From assembly GCA_903864915.1 (NCBI GenBank), contig CAIPHS010000005.1, positions 3,968 to 67,967 on the forward strand: DNA of 64,000 nucleotides. The letters run 5' to 3'. Both the position numbers and the translations under genes were made by a program. Shown here in pieces: positions 58,105 to 64,000 of this stretch (the stretch's first letter is position 1; each line of letters begins with the position of its first letter). This DNA comes from an uncultured Candidatus Woesearchaeota archaeon (GTDB taxonomy: Archaea > Nanobdellota > Nanobdellia > UBA10117). The notes beneath the pieces are model-generated. The model saw only the letters and a list, made by a program, of their open reading frames with translations. It was not told the origin of the DNA and did not search any database.

Positions 58105-58623
58105 ATGGCAACTAAAATCAAATATGGATGGAATTCGTTTACATTTGCTGCAACGATTTTCCTTATTGCCGCAGCAGCTTGTATATATCTGAATTATTTT
58201 GATATCCTTGCTCCTGAATTTGTCAATGGCAGTTTCAGGCAGTCTGTTGGCAAGTATTTCATAGTCCCAGTAATCATGTTGATTACGGCGCAGCTTGCAA
58301 TCGGAACAACTTTCGCGTACCTTGCCATTAATCTCCTAAAGCAATCAGCTAATGATGCTTTGAAGGCTGCAGCTGTATCAGCATTCGCAATGTTTTTGTT
58401 CTCGTTCACTTATTTTATCTTTCCATTTTATGGCCCATATTATTACATAGTCTCCTGGGCAGCACAAGGCCCGCACAATGCATTGCTTATTGAGGTGCTT
58501 TGGACGGCATTATCGATATTTTCTATAACTATGGCTTTCAGAAAGAGCTTCAAAATAGATTGGAAAGCATGCCTTGTTCTTGCAATATTTCTTCTAAGCA
58601 TGTTTATGGGATTGGCGTCTTAA
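58105..58623 (+). CDS. integral membrane protein, function unknown
   Basis: 172 aa with about 5 TM helices. Confidence 0.6.
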   Translation: MATKIKYGWNSFTFAATIFLIAAAACIYLNYFDILAPEFVNGSFRQSVGKYFIVPVIMLITAQLAIGTTFAYLAINLLKQSANDALKAAAVSAFAMFLFSFTYFIFPFYGPYYYIVSWAAQGPHNALLIEVLWTALSIFSITMAFRKSFKIDWKACLVLAIFLLSMFMGLAS

Positions 58624-58659
58624 CGTTAAAGTTATAAAGCTAAATTTTAGGTCTGAAAT

Positions 58660-58998
58660 ATGACAACCAAAGCATACGAAGTCCCCGCAGACAAGCTGAA
58701 ATTTGTCAAGGGCGTACTTGAAGCATCTGACAAGAAAGACCCACAGACTGGCAAATGGATTGCCAATGAATGGGCTTTGAGGGGCTACAAGCTAAATGAC
58801 GCCAAAGGCTTAGGCTTGGAAGGCACAAACTATTACATTTACGTCAAGGCAGATGATGATTTCTTCAAGAGGAACGAAAAATCAATTGTTGATGTAGGCG
58901 CAAAGCTGCTTAGCAGCGAGCATGCTTCCAAAGTCATAAAGAAGGTAGAGGAAGCTGAGGAATCAGCGGAAGCAGGCATAGGCGCTATTTTCGGCTAG
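58660..58998 (+). CDS. hypothetical protein with a ribosomal-stalk (aP1)-like acidic C-terminal tail
   Basis: 112 aa. The C-terminus ...KKVEEAEESAEAGIGAIFG resembles the conserved aP1/L12 tail (acidic run plus GLxxLFG). The N-terminal ~90 aa do not resemble P1. Confidence 0.6.
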   Translation: MTTKAYEVPADKLKFVKGVLEASDKKDPQTGKWIANEWALRGYKLNDAKGLGLEGTNYYIYVKADDDFFKRNEKSIVDVGAKLLSSEHASKVIKKVEEAEESAEAGIGAIFG

Positions 58999-59498
58999 GT
59001 CTTCTTGAGAACCCTTATTCCTGGCGCCACGATTATTTCGATATTTGCTTCACGGATTAGCCTTTCTGCAAGCTCGAAATTATAGGGCTGATTTCGCAGA
59101 TAGGACGCCAATTCATGCGTATCTTTATTGGAATAAACCTGGTCGGGAGTCACAACTTTCGCTATCCCTGCAGCTATTATTGACTTCGCACAATCTGCGC
59201 AGGGAAACCATTCATTCAAGTGTATGACGCTATCAAGAGTTTTTATTCCATCTCTTGCAGCGTAAGATATTGCTCTTCTTTCAGCGTGAGTTGTAGGACA
59301 GAGTTCCATTCCCATCCCGGAAGCATAACCTTTCCTCAAGCATTCGTGATTCTCATCAGGAATCGGTGGCCCATTCCAGCCAAGAATGTATTCGCCCGAG
59401 CAGGTTTCTATTACCGCAGCCACTGGATGCTTTTTGCAGCAAGGTTTGGATAATGCTTCTAGGAGCAATTCACGTATCTTTGCCTCATCAAAAGCCAT
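58995..59498 (-). CDS. dCMP/cytidine deaminase family zinc enzyme
   Basis: THAERRAI (HAE) and PCADCAKSI (PCxxC) zinc motifs. Confidence 0.85.
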   Translation of the reverse strand: MAFDEAKIRELLLEALSKPCCKKHPVAAVIETCSGEYILGWNGPPIPDENHECLRKGYASGMGMELCPTTHAERRAISYAARDGIKTLDSVIHLNEWFPCADCAKSIIAAGIAKVVTPDQVYSNKDTHELASYLRNQPYNFELAERLIREANIEIIVAPGIRVLKKT

Positions 59499-59554
59499 GT
59501 GCTATTTTACCACAACCCAAAATTTATTAAGCGTTTTTACAAGCTGATTATTGC

Positions 59555-59639
59555 GGGCCCTTGGTCTAGCGGTATGACGTCGCCCTTACATCAATCAGAA
59601 GAAAGGCGGAGGTCGCAGGTTCGAATCCTGCAGGGCCCA
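59555..59639 (+). tRNA. tRNA-Val (anticodon UAC) with an intron of about 13 nt
   Basis: Acceptor GGGCCCT/AGGGCCC, anticodon stem TCGCC/GGCGG, loop CTTACA[intron]A, T arm GCAGG-TTCGAAT-CCTGC. A TTTATTAA box lies 25-32 nt upstream. Confidence 0.85.
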
Positions 59640-59692
59640 TTTATTTGCTGGATTGAACAAAGGCTTTTATCACTAAATGTTATTATTGTCAT

Positions 59693-60163
59693 ATGACTTA
59701 TGGTAGTTTCCAGGCTCCAGGAACACAATATCGCGATTTAGATTCATATATTTCTGAGGCTTTAGCTCCCGGTTTCGTAAATTCCCTTGACAGCAGAGGT
59801 ATAACGCCAAAACCCCAAGATGTCAAAAGGTACAAAAATTTTCTTAAAAGCTGCGTAAGATGCCGGAATATCTCAAAGACCTTTAACGAAAAGGCTGTGC
59901 CTGCAAGCCTGGATCTTACACTGAAAATAAGCATTGATGGCGAAGATGTGCACGCGATAGATATAAAGAAGAAAGGCGATTTTATAGACATAGAGTATTT
60001 TAGCACAACATACAGGCTACATCCCGGTCAGGTCGGGGATTGCGATATTTTTGAGAAGCCAGACAAGGAAGTTCTGGAAAACGGCAAGTGGGAACAGTAT
60101 ATGATTTTCAGAACCAAAGCGCCAGACAGGCTTGACGACTTGCTACAAAGACTAAAAGAATAA
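59693..60163 (+). CDS. hypothetical protein
   Basis: 156-aa ORF with no motif I recognise. Confidence 0.55.
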   Translation: MTYGSFQAPGTQYRDLDSYISEALAPGFVNSLDSRGITPKPQDVKRYKNFLKSCVRCRNISKTFNEKAVPASLDLTLKISIDGEDVHAIDIKKKGDFIDIEYFSTTYRLHPGQVGDCDIFEKPDKEVLENGKWEQYMIFRTKAPDRLDDLLQRLKE

Positions 60164-60811
60164 TCACTTCATCTCTTCTAAAGGCAAACTTCCGTGCTCT
60201 GACCAGAATACCATATCGAGCTCTGCCATAGAAATGTTTAGATTCTTGGCAAACTCTTTCATCAGCCTTTCAATGTGAAGATACTTGTTTTTGGGCAGCA
60301 CGAGCGGAATTTCAGTAATTACTTTGTGCTTGTACAATTCGGTCATTATGTGCCTGTCTAAGATTGCCAAATCACTTCCATGACCAATGTTTCTCAAGAA
60401 GTGCGTTGCTTCTTTCATACCCAAGCCTTCGACATTATCGGCCAGCCAGTTTCTCAAGCCCCAAAGGTCCTCTGTGTTTAACATCGACTTTATTTTTACT
60501 TTTCCATCGCGTGAGAAGCGCTGTCGCGCAGCTACAACGTACTTTGCCTTGTTGTTATGGAACCTAACTCCATTCTTATCCAAAACAAGGGCAATCTCCT
60601 CTGGTTTTCCGGAAAATAACAAGTTAGCTGTCTGGAGCGCGTTTATGGCTTTGTTTGCGGCAGAGGCTTTTGTCTGTGGCGTGCATAGGCAGAAACACAG
60701 CTCTGCAAAAATCCTTTCGTCAGGCTCGTACTTTATCCTGTCAAGCTCTTCCAGCCTTTTCTTGATATCTGCCTTCTTGGAAGCGTAAAGCAAAAGCAAA
60801 GATGATTCCAT
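60164..60811 (-). CDS. HhH-GPD N-glycosylase/AP lyase (archaeal Ogg2-type 8-oxoguanine glycosylase-like)
   Basis: VEGLGMKEATHFLRNIGHGSDLAILDRHI, a helix-hairpin-helix with the catalytic Lys context and Asp. Length is about 215 aa. Confidence 0.8.
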   Translation of the reverse strand: MESSLLLLYASKKADIKKRLEELDRIKYEPDERIFAELCFCLCTPQTKASAANKAINALQTANLLFSGKPEEIALVLDKNGVRFHNNKAKYVVAARQRFSRDGKVKIKSMLNTEDLWGLRNWLADNVEGLGMKEATHFLRNIGHGSDLAILDRHIMTELYKHKVITEIPLVLPKNKYLHIERLMKEFAKNLNISMAELDMVFWSEHGSLPLEEMK

Positions 60812-60889
60812 TAGTTAAAGAAGAAAAGAAGCGAATTTAAACCTTGCTTAGAGCGATAGATTTATTTAAGGCCCATACTTTTTGTAAGC

Positions 60890-61432
60890 ATGGTCACAAT
60901 TGCTTACACAGGCAAGGGCGATACTGGCGAGACTAATCTTTTTGGTGGCCTTAAGGCCAATAAATCTTCTCTTCGAATAGAGGCTTATGGCGCAATTGAC
61001 GAGTTAAACTCTTACATCGGAGTCTGCAGGGCTGTTTCAAGCAAGGAAACAACTAACATCCTTGAGAAAATCCAGAAGGATCTGTTCGTTCTGGGCGCGG
61101 ATCTGGCAAATGTTCGTGAAACCAAGGCTGGCGCACTAAGAATTTCCCAGAAAGAAACCAAAGACATGGAAGACGTCATTGACAGCATCAATGGAAAGCT
61201 GCCTGACCTCAAAAAATTCATTCTCCCGGCAGGCACAATTTCTGCAAGCCACCTTCATGTTGCAAGGTCAATCTGCAGAAGGGCTGAAAGAAGGGCAATC
61301 TTGCTGAAAGAAAGTGAAAACATCAACATTGCAATAGTCCCTTACCTCAACAGGCTGTCTTCTTTGCTATTTGTGCTGGCAAGATATGAAAATGTCAAGA
61401 AGAAAGTAAAGGAAGAAGAGTGGAGTTCTTAG
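60890..61432 (+). CDS. PduO-type ATP:cob(I)alamin adenosyltransferase
   Basis: YTGKGDTGETNLFGG...RIEAYGAIDELNSYIG and the C-terminal RAERR segment. Confidence 0.85.
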   Translation: MVTIAYTGKGDTGETNLFGGLKANKSSLRIEAYGAIDELNSYIGVCRAVSSKETTNILEKIQKDLFVLGADLANVRETKAGALRISQKETKDMEDVIDSINGKLPDLKKFILPAGTISASHLHVARSICRRAERRAILLKESENINIAIVPYLNRLSSLLFVLARYENVKKKVKEEEWSS

Positions 61433-61932
61433 AATTTATAGACTTCATACTTTGACAATTCCGCAGTTATGGTCTCGTTCCAGTCTGCAATTATACTTGA
61501 AAATCTTTTCCTGATTTCGTTTTTCAGCGAGGCAAGCTCCGCTGCAGATTTCGCAAGTATAACGAAGAAAAGATCATAATTACCAATAACTGAAAAGACA
61601 ATTATAATTCGATCGTGATTTTTCAAGTAAGTCAAAAATTGCTGCAGCTTTTCGTCAGTTATGTCCTTCAGCTTGACATAAACCTGGGCATCTACTGGCA
61701 ACCCAAAGAATGCAGGATTAGGGATTGCGCAAAGCCTCATTATTGCCCCGCATTCAAGCATCTTTTCAAGCCGGCCCTTTACACCATCAATTGACATGCC
61801 CACTTCTTTCGCCATATCTTTGAGGGTTGTACGGCTGTTTTTATTGAGCAAATTGAATATTTTCTTATCTTTCTCGTCTATTTTTACGTCTTTTATGCTT
61901 ATTTTCCCCGTTTTATTCTCAGCACTTTGCAT
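61429..61932 (-). CDS. Lrp/AsnC family transcriptional regulator
   Basis: DKKIFNLLNKNSRTTLKDMAKEVGMSIDGVKGRLEKM forms the HTH, followed by an RAM domain. Confidence 0.8.
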   Translation of the reverse strand: MQSAENKTGKISIKDVKIDEKDKKIFNLLNKNSRTTLKDMAKEVGMSIDGVKGRLEKMLECGAIMRLCAIPNPAFFGLPVDAQVYVKLKDITDEKLQQFLTYLKNHDRIIIVFSVIGNYDLFFVILAKSAAELASLKNEIRKRFSSIIADWNETITAELSKYEVYKF

Positions 61933-62049
61933 ACTATTACCTAATAAATAGCATTATTTATATACTTTTTCCTATTTTATCGGCTTTTTCTTCATAAAAG
62001 CTTATTAACACATACTTACTATATAGATATAAAATATGCTGTGAACAAA

Positions 62050-62613
62050 ATGGTAAAATTCAAAGAATTGTCATGGTGCTTAGGAGAAACGCCAAGTCTA
62101 GGAGTTACTAGCGTTGGCCTTAATGAGTACTACTTATTTGCGTCTTTGGACGGTAGGGGTGCTTGCTGGGGCGTTAACCACCCTAAAAGAATGCACCTTA
62201 ACGGATGGCGTTCTGCCTTTCAGGTTTATGACATTGACCTGGCCACGTTAATGGACGTCAATGTTACGCTAGAGGATATTAAGAAAAAGGACATCAAAGA
62301 CATTGACGTATTCGAAACCGCAGAACTCGCAAATGAGGCTGGAAGTTGGGTAAAAGATCCAAAACTTAGAGAAATGATACCATTATTTGATCCTATGAGA
62401 AAAGGGATGTACTTGCACTACAGAAAAGAGCCTAAACAAAGTTTAGCATATAACCTAAACCACTGCTTCATAAATAAAATAGAACCTATTGGCGAAGACA
62501 AGGATGAAATTGAATGGCTAAAGAGCTACCTGAACGCGCAAAAAATACCATTCGAAATCAAAAAGCAAACTTTTGAGGGCGCATCACACCTAGATAGAAT
62601 AAAGGTTGAATGA
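62050..62613 (+). CDS. hypothetical protein
   Basis: The ORF-track start at 62041 is a GTG. ATG 62050 lies about 25 nt downstream of a TATATAGATATAAAAT box, so the mRNA is probably leaderless. I recognise no motif. Confidence 0.55.
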   Translation: MVKFKELSWCLGETPSLGVTSVGLNEYYLFASLDGRGACWGVNHPKRMHLNGWRSAFQVYDIDLATLMDVNVTLEDIKKKDIKDIDVFETAELANEAGSWVKDPKLREMIPLFDPMRKGMYLHYRKEPKQSLAYNLNHCFINKIEPIGEDKDEIEWLKSYLNAQKIPFEIKKQTFEGASHLDRIKVE

Positions 62614-62634
62614 AAGGGCAAAGGGAAATAAAAA

Positions 62635-63228
62635 ATGGGAATAGACAAATACATCCAAAAGGCTAAAAAAACGCTGAGCACGAAAAACCCTTTCGTCATA
62701 GTGTCTTATATTGTTGCACCGTACATTAGCAAAAATCAAATTACGTTGGTTTCTGATGCTGCCAAAAATGCACTTAAAGAAGGCGACGTTTATGCGAAAG
62801 GCTTAATTGGAAAATTAAAAGACGAACTCGAAGCAGAGCTTTGCATTGACTCAAACGATGAAATTAAAGTAAATTATGATGGTCACCTTCACGGTCTCCC
62901 ATTTGAAGTAAGATCTAAATTTCCCCACGGAATTGCTTTTTTAGAAAAGGTATGCTTCAGGTACGAAAGGCTTGAAGGATTCCCAGAACTCAAACACATA
63001 ATTCCCACGGAAAGTGGTTATGCGCAGCTTATGAAAATCGCTCTTCATCGTGAAACCTACCTTTACAATACCGACATAATTACATTGGATTTTTTGACAA
63101 AAACAGCAGGAATCAAGCTGAAAGACGCCAGTATTACAAAAGCTTGGGAAACCGAACTCGGGAAGAGATGGTTTGAAGCTGCAAAGAAATTAGGATTTGA
63201 ACCCTCAGATAACTGGGCAGACTGTTGA
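62635..63228 (+). CDS. hypothetical protein
   Basis: 197-aa ORF with no motif I recognise. Confidence 0.55.
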   Translation: MGIDKYIQKAKKTLSTKNPFVIVSYIVAPYISKNQITLVSDAAKNALKEGDVYAKGLIGKLKDELEAELCIDSNDEIKVNYDGHLHGLPFEVRSKFPHGIAFLEKVCFRYERLEGFPELKHIIPTESGYAQLMKIALHRETYLYNTDIITLDFLTKTAGIKLKDASITKAWETELGKRWFEAAKKLGFEPSDNWADC

Positions 63229-64000
63229 ATGGCACCAGCCTGATGTCTCTGGCTTTGCTATTACAAACGGCTCTGCCTTTGGCCTTGTCTCTTCCATCTC
63301 GCCAATGTACAGGACCTGCTCTGGCTTGCTTCCATATCGGTAAATTGTTATCCCCTTGCATTTGGATTTGTATGCGAGCTCGTAAGCCTTCTTTACTTCC
63401 TCAACTTTAGCTTCCCGCGGGAAGTTAATAGTCTTTGAAACAGCATTATCGGTATATTTCTGGAACGCTGCCTGCATCTTGACGTGCCATTCCGGCTTTA
63501 TTTCGAGAGCTGTGATGAAAACCTTGCGTATTTCTTCAGGAATTTCCTTGAATTTTTGAATAGTGCCTGATTTTGCAATCTTTTTCATCAATTCTTCTGA
63601 GTAAAATCCTCTTTCATAGGCCATATGTTCGAAAACTGGGTTGACTTCTATCAAGCGCGTGCCTTCCAGCACATGCCTTACGAAAGATACTGCGAACAAA
63701 GGCTCGATGCCTGACGAGCAGCCAGCTATTATTGAAATAGTTCCTGTTGGGGCTATTGTTGTGCACGTTGCGTTGCGCATGTGCTTGTGACCTTTTTTCT
63801 GCCACGAGCTGCCTTTGAAGTTCAGGAAGTTTCCTCTAATCTTTCCCAGCTCCGAAGAGGCCCTGTGCGCCTCTTCGTTTATGAATCTCATCAGCTTTTC
63901 AGCAACTTCAATCGCTTTTTCTGAATCATAAACGATATTCATCATGCAAAGCATGTCTGCAAAGCCCATTATCCCAAGGCCAACTCTCCTGTTTGCTTTT
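63205..64000 (-). CDS. nrdJ: ribonucleotide reductase, probably class II (adenosylcobalamin-dependent); C-terminal part, gene runs off the window end
   Basis: NATCTTIAPTGTISIIAGCSSGIEPLF and a C-terminal Cys pair (WCHSTVC). The frame stays open to position 64000. Confidence 0.8.
   Translation of the reverse strand, partial: KANRRVGLGIMGFADMLCMMNIVYDSEKAIEVAEKLMRFINEEAHRASSELGKIRGNFLNFKGSSWQKKGHKHMRNATCTTIAPTGTISIIAGCSSGIEPLFAVSFVRHVLEGTRLIEVNPVFEHMAYERGFYSEELMKKIAKSGTIQKFKEIPEEIRKVFITALEIKPEWHVKMQAAFQKYTDNAVSKTINFPREAKVEEVKKAYELAYKSKCKGITIYRYGSKPEQVLYIGEMEETRPKAEPFVIAKPETSGWCHSTVCPVI

Noticed and set aside
1-64000. rRNA genes, RNase P, SRP or other large structured RNAs, and a replication origin with ORB repeats.
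   Set aside because: No non-coding stretch longer than about 160 nt remains after CDS and tRNA assignment. I saw no rRNA-like conserved blocks and no orc1/cdc6 gene with flanking repeats.

Overview
This window is an archaeal chromosome fragment, probably from a small-genome, DPANN-like lineage. That lineage call is an inference from gene content and was not searched. Genes are tightly packed, and about a third encode proteins I cannot place in a family. Recognisable archaeal housekeeping genes include MetRS, ProRS, AsnRS, proteasome beta, aCPSF1, ribosomal proteins S3Ae and S15, Bud32, Mre11-Rad50, HerA, NurA, endonuclease IV, an Ogg-type glycosylase, dCMP deaminase and a partial class II RNR. 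I hand-folded 13 tRNA genes, and 7 of them carry an intron in the anticodon loop. Most tRNAs sit 24-31 nt downstream of a TTTTAAAA-type box. I saw no rRNA, CRISPR array, transposase or integrase. Two loci look most novel. (1) At 8.0-16.8 kb, a translationally coupled operon encodes three radical-SAM/SPASM enzymes, a PLP aminotransferase, an M20 hydrolase, an 11-repeat Rpn1/Rpn2-type PC-repeat protein and a nucleoside-deoxyribosyltransferase-fold protein. It also contains an unannotated 30-codon ORF that copies the 5' end of the NDT-fold gene, and it faces a divergent tandem Lrp/AsnC protein. (2) At 47.2-53.1 kb, a 937-aa family-B DNA polymerase homolog keeps its exonuclease motifs but has lost all polymerase catalytic acidic residues and gained a ~165-aa insertion. 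It is divergently paired with a solo Cas4-like Fe-S nuclease and two unknown proteins, and tRNA genes bracket the module. Lesser oddities include an MCM-type ATPase without the N-terminal domain, a protein with a ribosomal-stalk-like C-terminal tail, a tRNA 5'-half-like fragment, and a stand-alone PEP-utilizing swivel domain. All family assignments come from motif reading by eye. No database search was run.
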